In this document: positions 30,875 to 41,370 of the stretch, piece by piece
Layout: each line of letters opens with the position of its first letter
Numbering within the stretch: position 1 is the first letter of the stretch
Source: an uncultured Haloferula sp.
GTDB taxonomy: Bacteria > Verrucomicrobiota > Verrucomicrobiia > Verrucomicrobiales > Akkermansiaceae
DNA length: 64,000 bases
Direction of reading: 5' to 3'
Assembly: GCA_965652295.1 (NCBI GenBank)
Contig: CBFGTS010000005.1
Span: 32,001 to 96,000 of the forward strand
Program-made: the position numbers and the translations under genes
The notes under the pieces: model-generated
Told to the model about the DNA's origin: nothing
What the model saw: only the letters and a program-made list of their open reading frames with translations
Databases searched by the model: none

Positions 30875-31264
30875 ATGGCACTGAGCGACTGGTTCCGGCA
30901 GGCCTGGGAGGTGCGTGAGCGGGCCTATGCGCCGTACTCCGGGTTCCGGGTTGGAGCGGTGGTGGTGGGTGAAGCAGGTGGGGTGTTTGTGGGATGCAAC
31001 GTGGAGAATCTTTCCTATGGGCTCACCCAGTGTGCCGAGCGGGTGGCGATCGGGGCCGCTGTGGCGGCCGGGGAGCGAAGGATCGTGACAGTGGTGGTGG
31101 TCGCCGACACCGCTGCTCCGGTTTCACCCTGTGGTGCCTGTCGGCAGGTGATGGCGGAATTCGGAGATCCTGAGATTTGGTTGGTGAACCGTGGAAGCTC
31201 GGAGAAATTCCGGCTGAGCGAGCTGCTCCCTCGGGCGACCACCGGGATTCTCGACAAGCCTTGA
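30875..31264 (+). CDS. cdd: Cytidine deaminase
   Basis: [22 protein letters not shown] and PCGACRQ motifs. Confidence 0.95.
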   Translation: MALSDWFRQAWEVRERAYAPYSGFRVGAVVVGEAGGVFVGCNVENLSYGLTQCAERVAIGAAVAAGERRIVTVVVVADTAAPVSPCGACRQVMAEFGDPEIWLVNRGSSEKFRLSELLPRATTGILDKP

Positions 31265-31275
31265 AAAGGCCGAAA

Positions 31276-31291
31276 TGTTCCACGTGGAACG
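31276..31291. other. parS site (intergenic)
   Basis: TGTTCCACGTGGAACG matches the bacterial parS consensus TGTTNCACGTGNAACA at 15 of 16 positions. Confidence 0.88.
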
Positions 31292-31343
31292 TGTGACGGG
31301 GCCCTTGTTTCCTCGAAAACCCCTGCTAGCGTCGCGGCCCCGC

Positions 31344-33203
31344 ATGTTTCGCTACCCGAAATCCTACGATGTTCTGGTGATCGGCGCCGGCCACGCCGGC
31401 GTTGAAGCCGCCCTCGCTGCCGCCCGCCTCGGGGCCGAAGTGGCCGTGTTGACCCAGAACCTGGACACCGTGGGGCAGATGTCCTGCAACCCGGCGATCG
31501 GGGGACTGGCCAAAGGCCACATGGTCCGGGAGATTGATGCTTTGGGCGGAGCGATGGGCCTCAACACCGATGCGACGGGCATCCAGTTCCGGATGTTGAA
31601 CGCCTCGAAAGGGCCCTCGGTCCGGGCGCCCCGGGCCCAGTGCGATAAGAAGGCGTATCAGTTCCGGATGAAGTGGGTGCTGGAGAGCACTCCTGGGATC
31701 GATCTTCACCAGGGAAATGTGGCCGAGCTGTGGGTGGAGGACGACGTGATCCTAGGGATCCGCACCTCCTTGGGGATGGAGATTTCAGCGAAGGCCGTCG
31801 TGCTCTCCGCCGGAACCTTCATGCGGGGACTGATGCACGTGGGGCTGCGAAATGAGAAGGGTGGACGGATGGGGGACGCGACTTCGACCGTTTCCGACTC
31901 GCTCAAGGCGCTCGGGTTCCACGTGGAACGTTTCAAGACGGGAACGCCCTGTCGTTTGCTCGGGCGGTCGCTGGACTTTACCCGATGTGAGCGGCAGGAG
32001 GGCGATGACCCTGCACCGCGCTTCTCGTTTCTTTCCGATACGCTCGATCCGGGCGAGGAGGAGCTTTTTACGTTGAACGCTTGGGGCCGATCGACGTTCC
32101 ACGTGGAACAATCGCCCTGCTGGATCACTTACACTTCTCCTGCCACGCACGAGATCATCCGAGGGAATCTCGATCAGTCGCCGATGTACTGCGGAGTGAT
32201 CGAAGGCGTCGGGCCGCGCTACTGCCCCTCGATCGAGGACAAGGTGGTCCGATTCGCGGAGAAGGAGCGTCATCAGGTGTTTCTGGAGCCCGAAGGCCGG
32301 CACACGCACGAATACTACGTGAACGGTGTCTCCACCTCCTTGCCTTATGAGGTCCAGTTGGCCTTCTTGCGGACGATCCCGGGATTGGAACACTGCCAGA
32401 TCCTGCGGCCCGGATATGCGGTGGAGTACGATTACTGCCCGCCTACCCAGCTTCACCCGACGCTGGAGACCAAGCGGGTGGAGGGGCTTTATTTCGCCGG
32501 GCAGATCAACGGGACCTCCGGCTATGAGGAAGCGGCGGGCCAAGGACTGATCGCCGGAGCCAACGCCGCGCTTAAAGCTGCCGGAAAAGCGCCGTTCCTG
32601 CTGCGACGGGATGAAGCTTATCTGGGCGTGATGATCGATGACCTTGTCACGAAAGGCTGCACGGAGCCATACCGGATGTTCACCAGCCGGGCGGAGTTCC
32701 GTCTGCTGCTGCGCCAGGACAACTGCGACCTGCGACTCACCCCCCGTGCGGCGGAGGTCGGCCTCGCCTCAGGTGAAAGGGTGGAGAGGGGGGCGAAGAA
32801 GCAGGCTGAACTTGACCGGGCCCTGGAATTCGGACGCACGGCAGTGCATCAAGGGGTGAAGCTCGATCACTGGTTCCGGCGGATGGAGAACCGTTGGGAA
32901 GATCTGCCTCAGGAAATCCTCGGCGAGTTCCACGTGGAACATTGGCCGCTGATCGAGACGGAATTCAAGTATGAGGGCCACCTCCAGCGCCAGCAGGTGC
33001 AGGTGGAGCGGATGGCTCGCGCCGAGGACAAGCGGATCCCTGGAGCCTTGGATTATCAGGCCATTCCGGGTCTGAAAATCGAGGCGAAACAGCGCTTCTC
33101 GGAGATTCGCCCCGCCACTTTGGGCCAGGCCGGACGGATTCCGGGCATCACGCCTGCGGATGTCGCGGTGCTCGCGGTGTGGCTGGAAAAGGGGCGGCGT
33201 TGA
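31344..33203 (+). CDS. mnmG: tRNA uridine-5-carboxymethylaminomethyl modification enzyme MnmG/GidA
   Basis: [30 protein letters not shown] and [16 protein letters not shown] motifs. Confidence 0.98.
   Translation: MFRYPKSYDVLVIGAGHAGVEAALAAARLGAEVAVLTQNLDTVGQMSCNPAIGGLAKGHMVREIDALGGAMGLNTDATGIQFRMLNASKGPSVRAPRAQCDKKAYQFRMKWVLESTPGIDLHQGNVAELWVEDDVILGIRTSLGMEISAKAVVLSAGTFMRGLMHVGLRNEKGGRMGDATSTVSDSLKALGFHVERFKTGTPCRLLGRSLDFTRCERQEGDDPAPRFSFLSDTLDPGEEELFTLNAWGRSTFHVEQSPCWITYTSPATHEIIRGNLDQSPMYCGVIEGVGPRYCPSIEDKVVRFAEKERHQVFLEPEGRHTHEYYVNGVSTSLPYEVQLAFLRTIPGLEHCQILRPGYAVEYDYCPPTQLHPTLETKRVEGLYFAGQINGTSGYEEAAGQGLIAGANAALKAAGKAPFLLRRDEAYLGVMIDDLVTKGCTEPYRMFTSRAEFRLLLRQDNCDLRLTPRAAEVGLASGERVERGAKKQAELDRALEFGRTAVHQGVKLDHWFRRMENRWEDLPQEILGEFHVEHWPLIETEFKYEGHLQRQQVQVERMARAEDKRIPGALDYQAIPGLKIEAKQRFSEIRPATLGQAGRIPGITPADVAVLAVWLEKGRR
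31915..31930. other. parS site inside mnmG
   Basis: GGTTCCACGTGGAACG. Confidence 0.85.
32095..32110. other. parS site inside mnmG
   Basis: CGTTCCACGTGGAACA. Confidence 0.85.
32926..32941. other. parS site inside mnmG
   Basis: AGTTCCACGTGGAACA. Confidence 0.85.
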
Positions 33204-33209
33204 GCCGGT

Positions 33210-33614
33210 TCAGGCGTTCATTCCCCACTCCTTCGGCAGCCTCACGGGCTTGCCTTCGGGCATTTGAACCAGTGCCAGCGCCTGTCGGGCGGTGACCAGC
33301 AGGGTGTCGTCGCTTTCCCGGCGCATCTCGAACTCGCACCAAAACCTGGCCCGCAGCACTTCACCGAGCGTGCCGCGGATGACCAGCCAGTCCCCGAGTC
33401 GGGCCGGTCGTCGGTAGTCGATCTCGGTCCGGGTCACGACCGGAAAGAGCCGGGTTTCGGCCATGGTCCTCAAGTCCATGCCGAGCTTCGCCGCCAGCCG
33501 GGTCCGGCAGGTTTCGATCATCCGCAGGTAGGCGATGTTGTGGACGACCTGACCGCAGTCGGTGTCGAAAAACATGACTTCTTCGCGGGTGACATATTCG
33601 ATGGGCGGGTTCAT
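33210..33614 (-). CDS. Acyl-CoA thioesterase (4HBT/YbgC hotdog family)
   Basis: DTDCGQVVHNIAYLRMIE.CR and EIDYRRPARLGD motifs. Confidence 0.9.
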   Translation of the reverse strand: MNPPIEYVTREEVMFFDTDCGQVVHNIAYLRMIETCRTRLAAKLGMDLRTMAETRLFPVVTRTEIDYRRPARLGDWLVIRGTLGEVLRARFWCEFEMRRESDDTLLVTARQALALVQMPEGKPVRLPKEWGMNA

Positions 33615-33708
33615 GCCCAGATCCTCAGCACAGGGCGGGGGAGGGGCAATTTCCAATCCTGCGGCCGGATGCAAAGGCGGCTTGCCGCGGCACGTATCGC
33701 TTCGCAGC

Positions 33709-35409
33709 ATGAGGGCCATGAGGGGTTTTGCGATCTGGCTGGCGACCGCCTTGGCGGTCCATGCCGGATTCGTGCCGCCGGATGAAGGCCGCGCTCCGTT
33801 CCGACGTGAGGCTCTTCCGGTGGACTCCACCACCCTGGGTCTCTTGTCCACCGAACTCGTGGCGCAGTTGCCTTCGGAGAACGAAGGACCGTCCACTCTT
33901 CGACGGGCGGCGCAGATCCTCGGGCTCGCGCTGGCTCTCGATCCCGGCAACCGGCTGGCGCGCGATTGGATCACAAAGCTGGGCGACGGTGAGGAGCTTC
34001 CCACCGGGGATCCACCGGGCTTTTCCGCCCGGGGAGTCGAGGCCGCCCAATGGCTGGCAAGTCCGGAGGCCGGCGAGCAGGCCGCGGTTTTCATCGGCTA
34101 CCTGCACGATGTGTTGAGGGACGAAGCAGGCACCGAGGAAGCGGACTGGACCGGTTGGGTGGCTGCCACGAATGCATTCGAGGATCCGCCGGACGCGGAG
34201 GAGGAGATCGGCCCTCCCGAGGAAAAGTCTCAGGCTCCCACGGGGCCCGTGCCGAAGTTGGCCCGGATTGGCATCCGTGTGCCGGTTCAGTGGGGTGGCG
34301 ATCACGGAGTCACCCTTCTGACGCTCAACCTGCACGCTTACGCTGCTCCGGAGGGGGAGCCATCGCCGGTTCTCCTGAAAATCCCCGCGATGATCCAAAA
34401 GAAGCCCGGTCCTTTGCAGGCTCAGGCCCGCCAGTGGATCGACGGGCATTTCGGAAAGACCGGGAAGCCGCCGGTGAGGTTCGATTATTCCGTGGCGGAA
34501 GCGACGACCTTGCAGCCGAGGTCGACGGCAGCCGTGCCCGCGGCCGCCCTTCTGTTGGCGCACGCGGCCTTCGCCGGTCATGAAATCGAAGCTGCGGACG
34601 CGGTGGTTCTGGCTGCGGTGGCTGCGGATGGTAGCCTCACCACGCCACCTCTTTTCTGGGACATCCTTCGTGGCTTGCCCGATGGCGGAGGAGCTCGGCT
34701 GATCGTTCCGGCGGCTGCGGCGGAGATGCTGCCGGCGATGTTGACGCTCGATCGATCGGAGTTTTTCCTTGAGCATCAAGTCCTTACAGCCAACTCCTTG
34801 GAGGAGGCGGTCGCGCTCGCCGGGGGACAAGAGGTTCCAGGCCTGGCGGAGGCGGAGACGCTCTTCCACGACGTCAGGGAAGGGAAGGGAACGAGGTCGG
34901 CCGGCAGCTACTTCGCCCTGAACGCGACTCGCCAGAAGCTGCTGCGTGCGGCTTCGCTCCATCCCGCGCATGCCTCGGCCCGACTCCTGGCCCTACGAGG
35001 CACTTCCCAGTGGCCTCGCCGACTCTCGCGGGAAATGTACGCCCGGGAGATCCGGGCGGCGGTGATGTCATTGGAGAGTGCGCTATCCGCGGTATGGACG
35101 GACGAGGATTTCGACCTCCGCAGCCTTCTCGAAGCCGACGCGCGTTGCCGCGAGAAACTCGCTGTCATTGAGAACCTCTGCGAGTCCGTGGAGTACCGCG
35201 ACGAGCTCCACAACCTCGCCTTCAACACGTCGAAGTCTCTGGGAACTCTCGCCGGGCAGATCCGGCGGAACGAGAGAGACTCCGTCTACGCAGGGGGGAG
35301 CGCCTCCCAGTTCGCGCGTCCCGTCTACCGGGCTTTCCGGGAGGCGGTCATCACCCTCACGGCTGCCGCCGGCGACGGGGACGATTTTCCGTTGCCTCAG
35401 AAACGTTGA
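33709..35409 (+). CDS. Exported hypothetical protein with a degenerate Lon-protease (S16)-like segment
   Basis: Signal peptide. A central segment resembles the Lon C-terminal domain pattern without a clear catalytic dyad. Confidence 0.7.
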   Translation: MRAMRGFAIWLATALAVHAGFVPPDEGRAPFRREALPVDSTTLGLLSTELVAQLPSENEGPSTLRRAAQILGLALALDPGNRLARDWITKLGDGEELPTGDPPGFSARGVEAAQWLASPEAGEQAAVFIGYLHDVLRDEAGTEEADWTGWVAATNAFEDPPDAEEEIGPPEEKSQAPTGPVPKLARIGIRVPVQWGGDHGVTLLTLNLHAYAAPEGEPSPVLLKIPAMIQKKPGPLQAQARQWIDGHFGKTGKPPVRFDYSVAEATTLQPRSTAAVPAAALLLAHAAFAGHEIEAADAVVLAAVAADGSLTTPPLFWDILRGLPDGGGARLIVPAAAAEMLPAMLTLDRSEFFLEHQVLTANSLEEAVALAGGQEVPGLAEAETLFHDVREGKGTRSAGSYFALNATRQKLLRAASLHPAHASARLLALRGTSQWPRRLSREMYAREIRAAVMSLESALSAVWTDEDFDLRSLLEADARCREKLAVIENLCESVEYRDELHNLAFNTSKSLGTLAGQIRRNERDSVYAGGSASQFARPVYRAFREAVITLTAAAGDGDDFPLPQKR

Positions 35410-35493
35410 TCGTCCGGAATTCCGGACTTCAGGATTTCCTTGCAATCGCGGGGCTGCCAGCGCCCATTCGAGACCTCACCCCACCCCTCTGAC

Positions 35494-36957
35494 ATGAACC
35501 GCGGATTCCGAAGCTTCCTGGTGCTGATCGGTGTGTTTCTCGGCACCTTTGCGGCGGTGTTCCTGATCCGCAATGGCCCGGCCGGGCTGAAGCAATTCTT
35601 TGGAGCCGGCGAGAACCGCAATGGCTATCGCCCGGAGACCTACACGCTGCCGGAAGCCGCCCCATTGGATCTGGGGGATGTCGAGCTGCTCAACCGGCTT
35701 AACGAGGAATACGCCAAACTGACCGACGCGGTGGTGAAATCCGTGGTGAGCATCGATACCAGCGGCGTGCGCGCCGAGCGGCTGCTGGATGGCTTCGGCC
35801 GCCAGCTCATCCGCCCGGTCCCGACTCAGGGGCAGGGCTCCGGAGTGATCGTCACCCACGAAGGCCATATCGTGACCAACCATCACGTTATCAAGGACCA
35901 ACAGCAGATCGAGGTGACCCTTCACAATGGCGACAAGCACAACGCGGTGCTGGTCGGCGACGACCCGCTGCTCGATATCGCCGTTTTGAAAATCGAAGGC
36001 GAGGGTGATTTCAAACCGCTCAAGCTGGGCGATTCGGCCACCGTGCGTCGCGGGCAGATCGTCTTTGCCGTCGGCAACCCCTTCGGCTTGGGCGAGACCA
36101 TCACCCAAGGGATCATCTCCGCGGTGGAACGCTCCGTTTCCGATACCCAGCGCGACCTTTTTCAAACCGACGCGGCCATCAACCCCGGGAACTCCGGCGG
36201 GCCTCTGGTCAACCTGCGTGGCGAGGTCATCGGCATCAACTCGGCCATCTACCGCCCTGACGAACGGGTCAACTCGGGCTTCCAGGGCGTCGGTTTTTCC
36301 ATCCCTTCGAATGAAGTCATGACCGCACTCGAAACGATCCTCGAGCGCGGCAGGCCGATCCGCGGATACCTCGGGGTGCGGATGAAGGATCTCGACCCCT
36401 ATGTCCGCCGCCAGCTCGGGTATCGGGAAACAGGAGCCATGATCGAATCGGTCGGGCCCGGTTCGCCGGCGGAGCTTGCCGGGCTCCAGCCACTGGACGT
36501 GGTCCGGGTCTACGATGGCAAAAGGGTGGAAAGCGTCACGGCTCTGCTCAACATGGTCCAACGCTCGAAGGTCGGCGCGAAGGTACCCCTCGAAATCTGG
36601 CGCGCGGGCGAGATTCTCGAGCTCCAGGTGACCATTGCCGAGGCCGGCACCCAGGCCGCGGTGGCCCAGACCCGGAACCTCGACGAGATCTTCGAAAAAG
36701 TCGGAATCACCCTCGGGCCGGAACGGTCGGATCGGCCGGGCATTGAAATTGCTGCCGTCGCTCCCGGTTCGCTGGCCGAGGGCCACCTGCAGGCCGGCGA
36801 CCGGATTGTCGCCTTGAATGGTTTCGCCGTCCGTTCCGCCGTCGATTTCCGCCGCCAGCTTGCGGCCTCCGTCGCGGCGCAGCCGACGGCCCTCCAGATC
36901 GTGCGAGGCAACGTTTCCGGCCGCGTCACCCTTCCGCCGCTGAATACCTCGCGATAA
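35494..36957 (+). CDS. HtrA/DegP-family serine protease with PDZ domains
   Basis: GSGVIV, VTNHHV, DIAVLKI and QTDAAINPGNSGGPL motifs, plus two PDZ-like regions. Confidence 0.95.
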   Translation: MNRGFRSFLVLIGVFLGTFAAVFLIRNGPAGLKQFFGAGENRNGYRPETYTLPEAAPLDLGDVELLNRLNEEYAKLTDAVVKSVVSIDTSGVRAERLLDGFGRQLIRPVPTQGQGSGVIVTHEGHIVTNHHVIKDQQQIEVTLHNGDKHNAVLVGDDPLLDIAVLKIEGEGDFKPLKLGDSATVRRGQIVFAVGNPFGLGETITQGIISAVERSVSDTQRDLFQTDAAINPGNSGGPLVNLRGEVIGINSAIYRPDERVNSGFQGVGFSIPSNEVMTALETILERGRPIRGYLGVRMKDLDPYVRRQLGYRETGAMIESVGPGSPAELAGLQPLDVVRVYDGKRVESVTALLNMVQRSKVGAKVPLEIWRAGEILELQVTIAEAGTQAAVAQTRNLDEIFEKVGITLGPERSDRPGIEIAAVAPGSLAEGHLQAGDRIVALNGFAVRSAVDFRRQLAASVAAQPTALQIVRGNVSGRVTLPPLNTSR

Positions 36958-37017
36958 ACTTCCCGCCCCTTACGCGTTTCCTTTCGCGGAAGCCGACTTC
37001 CAACTCGTCAACCAACC

Positions 37018-38343
37018 ATGCGCCAGCAAGCACCGATTCTCATCTTCGCACTCATCCTCGGCGCTCTTGCCAGCTTTCTCTTCCTCCACCGCTGCTCCGG
37101 TCCCCGTCCGCCCCTCGAGCCTTCCGTGATGCCGACAGTGGAGGAAAAGCCCACCGTCCCGGAAGAGCCGGCTCCTCCGGCGATCCCCGAGATGCAGGAG
37201 AACGAAGTCGATGCCGCCACCGCCTCGCTCCCCGAGGAAGCCGGGCCGGGGAAACTCAGCCGGAATCCGGGCCGCTTGATTCAGGAAATCGGTAGCGCGC
37301 TTGAGGCCGGGGACCTTGAGACCGTCGGCAAGCTGATCGGCAGTGCCGCGCTCACGCCGGAAGTCCGTGAACGGCTTACCGCCCTCGCCGCCGCCGGTGC
37401 GCTGAAGTTGAAGCAACCGGACGCCGCCCATGAAATCGGCGAGATGGAGGTAAACGCCCGCTCCCGTTGGTCGCTCCAGCTTGAAGGTGCCGAGGCGGGC
37501 CGCGACCGGATCATCTTCGATCTCGTCCGCGAAAGTGCCGGGTGGAAAGTCTCCCGGCTCACGCTTCCCCCCGCCGAAGGCGAACCGGTGCCGAAAGCCG
37601 TGGTCCTCGATCCGCTCGGCATCACCGACGCCTTCCTCCAGGCGACGCTCCGCCAGGATTTCGAACTCGCGAAAGAATTCGTCGATACCACCGCCGTGTC
37701 CGATGCCAAGATCGCCGGCCTATGCATCCTGTTTGAAGAAGGAGACTATCGGCTCAGGCCCGAAAAACCGTTGCGGGGGATATTCGAACGCGAGGACGCC
37801 GCCGGATTCCTCGCCCACGTGCTCGCCGGAGACAGCGATGCCCTGGCCCAGTTCTCCGTTACCCTCGGCAAATCTCCCGAGGACGGCTGGCAGCTCACCG
37901 AGATCAACCTCGACGAACTCCTTGCCGACTACGCTGCGCGCTTTGCCGGAGGCGACGTCTACTACACCCCGCTGCTCAAGAATCCCAAGGGGGGCGACAC
38001 CTTGGTGCTCTACTTCGATTTTGATGCCGATACGCTCTCGCTCCGCACCGAGCGCCAGCTCGAGATCGTCGCCGACATCCTGCGCCTCGATCCCGGGAAA
38101 AAGCTCACCATCTCCGGTCACACCGACGCCCTGGGCAGCGAGGGATACAACGAGGCGCTCTCCGCCCGCCGAGCCGCTGCGGTGAAGGAACTCCTCGTCC
38201 GCAACGGCGTGGCCGAGGAACAGATCGTGACCCTCGCCAAGGGCCAGAGCCAGCCGCGCCGCCCGAATTTCACCGAATCCGGCGATGACAATCCTTCCGG
38301 CCGCCGTGCCAACCGCCGATCGGAGATCTATCTCGATTTCTGA
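37018..38343 (+). CDS. OmpA-family peptidoglycan-binding domain protein
   Basis: C-terminal YFDFD, SGHTDALGS..YN..LS.RRA and GRRANRRSEI motifs. N-terminal anchor. Confidence 0.9.
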   Translation: MRQQAPILIFALILGALASFLFLHRCSGPRPPLEPSVMPTVEEKPTVPEEPAPPAIPEMQENEVDAATASLPEEAGPGKLSRNPGRLIQEIGSALEAGDLETVGKLIGSAALTPEVRERLTALAAAGALKLKQPDAAHEIGEMEVNARSRWSLQLEGAEAGRDRIIFDLVRESAGWKVSRLTLPPAEGEPVPKAVVLDPLGITDAFLQATLRQDFELAKEFVDTTAVSDAKIAGLCILFEEGDYRLRPEKPLRGIFEREDAAGFLAHVLAGDSDALAQFSVTLGKSPEDGWQLTEINLDELLADYAARFAGGDVYYTPLLKNPKGGDTLVLYFDFDADTLSLRTERQLEIVADILRLDPGKKLTISGHTDALGSEGYNEALSARRAAAVKELLVRNGVAEEQIVTLAKGQSQPRRPNFTESGDDNPSGRRANRRSEIYLDF

Positions 38344-38366
38344 ACTACGTCACTTGTAGTATTTCC

Positions 38367-39191
38367 ATGACCCCTCCTCGCGTCCATCCCGTCACCATCG
38401 CGCTCGTGCTCCTGGCGGCCTGCCTGCTTGGATGGGTTCTCCTGCGCGAGCCTGTCGCCCGGCTGCCGCAGGTCGAGTCGTTGGCGAATTTCCAGACGGC
38501 CGACGCCCCGCTTTTCCTGCCGGACGATGGCAACCCGAGGCACCGTCTCCACCTGCTTTCCGCCTGGGACCTCGCGGCACTTCCCCGTGCCGCTCGCTTC
38601 GACGCCCCCATGGGAGCGGCCAATGGAGCGCTGACCTACAACGCCCAGAAATTCTGGGAAATGAACGACGCCCGCGGCGGCCACCACACCGGCGACGATC
38701 TCAACGGCATCGGCGGCATGAATACCGATCTGGGAGACCCTGTCACCGCCGCCGCGGACGGGGTGGTCGTCTACGCTGGCGAGCCTTCGCCCGGATGGGG
38801 GAACACCGTCGTCCTCGCCCACCGTGTCGGGGACGGCCGCGTGCTCCAGACCATGTACGCCCACATGCACGAGATGGACGTCGCGCTCGGAGCCTTGGTG
38901 GCCCGGGGCGAGCGGGTCGGCAGCGTCGGCACCTCCAACGGCTACTATCCCGCCCATCTGCATTTCGAAATCCGGGAGAGCGACGGCGTGGACATCGGTG
39001 CCGGCTACAGCATGCAGCCGCTCAACCGCCTCAATCCCGAGGCCACCGTCGCCGCCCTCCGCGGTGCGCCGGAAGACCGCCCCGCGCCCTCGCCGCTGCC
39101 TCTCGCGCTTCATCGCGATCAGCCATGGAACCGCATGGAACTCTCGCCGGAGGACGCTGCGCGTCTCGGTGAGATCATGCAGGAGAGGTAG
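38367..39191 (+). CDS. M23 family metallopeptidase
   Basis: HTGDD (HxxxD), YAH and AHLHFEIR motifs. Confidence 0.9.
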   Translation: MTPPRVHPVTIALVLLAACLLGWVLLREPVARLPQVESLANFQTADAPLFLPDDGNPRHRLHLLSAWDLAALPRAARFDAPMGAANGALTYNAQKFWEMNDARGGHHTGDDLNGIGGMNTDLGDPVTAAADGVVVYAGEPSPGWGNTVVLAHRVGDGRVLQTMYAHMHEMDVALGALVARGERVGSVGTSNGYYPAHLHFEIRESDGVDIGAGYSMQPLNRLNPEATVAALRGAPEDRPAPSPLPLALHRDQPWNRMELSPEDAARLGEIMQER

Positions 39192-39500
39192 AATCGGCCG
39201 CCAAAAAAAGTGCTGCCAGGGAACCGCGGCAAATCCGGACAAACTACCGTTGCTCCGATCAAGGCCTGGCGGGGTTCGCCTGCCGAACCTCCACGGCCCC
39301 TGACAGCAGGCGCAGTCAACATGCGTGCCTGCCGGCGTGCAACGGCTTTTTCGGCCTCTGGTTTCCTCCGGCGGGCGTCTGGAAAAGATCTCGCGGATTG
39401 GCGGAACACCCATCGGGGATGGCGAAATCATGATTCCGGGCAGAGTCCTCGTGTTCAGCGGGCTCCGGTCCCTTCGCATCAACCCATCAAAACCCCGATC

Positions 39501-40274
39501 ATGATGAATCCCACGATCCGCACCTCATCCCTCGCCGCCTTCTGCGCCGCTTGTGGCATGGTTTCCGCCGGTACCCTCGTCCCCGACTTGAGCGACGGCT
39601 CCGCCATTTATTCCACAACCGTCCGCGGTTCCACCGGTGTTGACGTTTACCCGGCTCCGGTGCTCGCCAACGGAATGACCCTGGCAGCCCGGTTCACCCC
39701 CTCCGCCGCCGACATCACCAACAGCGCCTCCGGTGCCGTGGCGATCCTTGAAACCGGTGGCACCACCAGCGGCACCGGTCTCTGGCTCATCAACGGCAAC
39801 GTGTGGTTTCTCAGCAGCTCGGGAAACCAGAACGCGTTTCCCACCGGCCCCAGCGACCTCGATGGCAGCAACAACGCGATCGGCGTCCAGCTCGGAACCG
39901 TGGCCGCCGGAGTCCAGACCGACATCTTCGCCTCTTTCGACACGGCCAACGCGACGATCCTCGTCGGCCAGAACGGTTCCTACAGTGATTTCACACTCAC
40001 CGGCGTGACCGGCGGCTGGAACTGGACGGGCAATGATACGGTGAGCTTTGGAGACCTGGCATTGGACCAGCCCAGCGCGGGTATTTTCGGTTTCCGCGGC
40101 GGTCTCACCGACAACAACACCGCAGGCTTGTTCTACACCAACAGCGCGATCGCCCTGGACGGCACCGTGTCCCTCGGCCAGGTGTTCAACGCGGTCTCCA
40201 CCGTGCCGGAGCCGACCTCCGGTCTGCTGGCGCTCGGTGCCTTGGCGGCCACCGCCATTCGCCGCCGCCGCTGA
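39501..40274 (+). CDS. PEP-CTERM exosortase-sorted surface protein
   Basis: Signal peptide and C-terminal VPEPTSGLLALGAL...RRRR. Confidence 0.88.
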   Translation: MMNPTIRTSSLAAFCAACGMVSAGTLVPDLSDGSAIYSTTVRGSTGVDVYPAPVLANGMTLAARFTPSAADITNSASGAVAILETGGTTSGTGLWLINGNVWFLSSSGNQNAFPTGPSDLDGSNNAIGVQLGTVAAGVQTDIFASFDTANATILVGQNGSYSDFTLTGVTGGWNWTGNDTVSFGDLALDQPSAGIFGFRGGLTDNNTAGLFYTNSAIALDGTVSLGQVFNAVSTVPEPTSGLLALGALAATAIRRRR

Positions 40275-40283
40275 TTCCCTGGT

Positions 40284-41276
40284 TCAGAGCACCAGCATGC
40301 AGTCGCCATAGCTGTAGAAACGGTAGCGCTCGCGCACCGCTTCCCGGTAGGCCTTCAACACCAATTCCCGCCCGGCGAGTGCGCTGACCAGCATGATCAG
40401 CGTGCTTTCCGGCAGGTGGAAATTCGTCAGCAGGGCGTCCACCACGCGGAACTCGTAAGGGGGATAGATGAAGATGTCCGTCTCGCCCCGCTGCTCGGAT
40501 TCCGGAATTTTCGGAACCGCGTCGGAGCGCCCGAGGTGCTCGAGCACGCGGGTGACGGTCGTGCCCACGGCGACCACCCGGCCGGCGCGGTTGATACGAC
40601 CTGCCGCCTCCTTGGACAGAACGTATCGCTCCGAGTGCATCACGTGTTCCTCCGGCCGCTCCGCGCTCACGGGTCGAAAGGTGCCGACGCCGACGTGCAG
40701 GGTCAGGAACGTATGATCAAAACCGGCCAGCATTTCCGGTGTGAAATGCAGCCCCGCCGTGGGTGCGGCGATCGCCCCTTCCTCCCGAGCATAGACGGTT
40801 TGGTAGCGTTCACGGTCCGATGGCTCGTCGTCGCGTCCCATGTAGTGCGGTAGCGCCAGGTGCCCGTGTTGGTCCAGATCGATCCCGCCTTCCCAGCGGA
40901 TCAGGCGATCGCCGTTCTCGAAGGTTTCTACGACAGTTCCCGTAATTCCGCCGACCGTCAGCGTGCGGCCCGGTCTCATCTTCTTCCCCGGGCGCACCAG
41001 GCACCGCCACTCGGTGGGCGAGGGACGGTCGAGACACAGCAGCTCGATTTTTCCGTCGTCGGAGAACACCCGTGCGGGGATCACCCGGGTGTCGTTGAGC
41101 ACCAGCAGGTCGTCGGGTGCCAGGTAGGCCGGGAGGTCGCGGAACATCCGGTGCTCGATGACGCCCGTGCCGCGGTGGATCACCATCATCCGCGAGCCGG
41201 AGCGATCTTCCAGCGGTCGCGAAGCGATCAGCTCCTCCGGCAGGTCGTAGTGGAAATCCTTTGTCGTCAGCCCCAT
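40284..41276 (-). CDS. queA: S-adenosylmethionine:tRNA ribosyltransferase-isomerase
   Basis: DFHYDLPEELIA, AAPTAGLHFT, TNFHLPESTL and YRFYSYGDCM motifs. Confidence 0.97.
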   Translation of the reverse strand: MGLTTKDFHYDLPEELIASRPLEDRSGSRMMVIHRGTGVIEHRMFRDLPAYLAPDDLLVLNDTRVIPARVFSDDGKIELLCLDRPSPTEWRCLVRPGKKMRPGRTLTVGGITGTVVETFENGDRLIRWEGGIDLDQHGHLALPHYMGRDDEPSDRERYQTVYAREEGAIAAPTAGLHFTPEMLAGFDHTFLTLHVGVGTFRPVSAERPEEHVMHSERYVLSKEAAGRINRAGRVVAVGTTVTRVLEHLGRSDAVPKIPESEQRGETDIFIYPPYEFRVVDALLTNFHLPESTLIMLVSALAGRELVLKAYREAVRERYRFYSYGDCMLVL

Positions 41277-41370
41277 GCGCCTCGTCTACCCGCACCAGCA
41301 CCGCCTGCCAAGCGGAGGTGACAACGACCTCGCCCCTTGCACTCCGGGCGGGATGGCCTAGGAAACACCC

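Noticed and set aside
31275..31343. N-terminal extension of MnmG (MFHVER...)
   Set aside because: The upstream ATG is created by the intergenic parS palindrome. Family homology begins at 31344.
31276..32941. Repeated palindromes as a possible CRISPR array
   Set aside because: The repeats are only 14-16 bp, irregularly spaced by hundreds of bases and inside a gene, with no cas genes. They fit parS.
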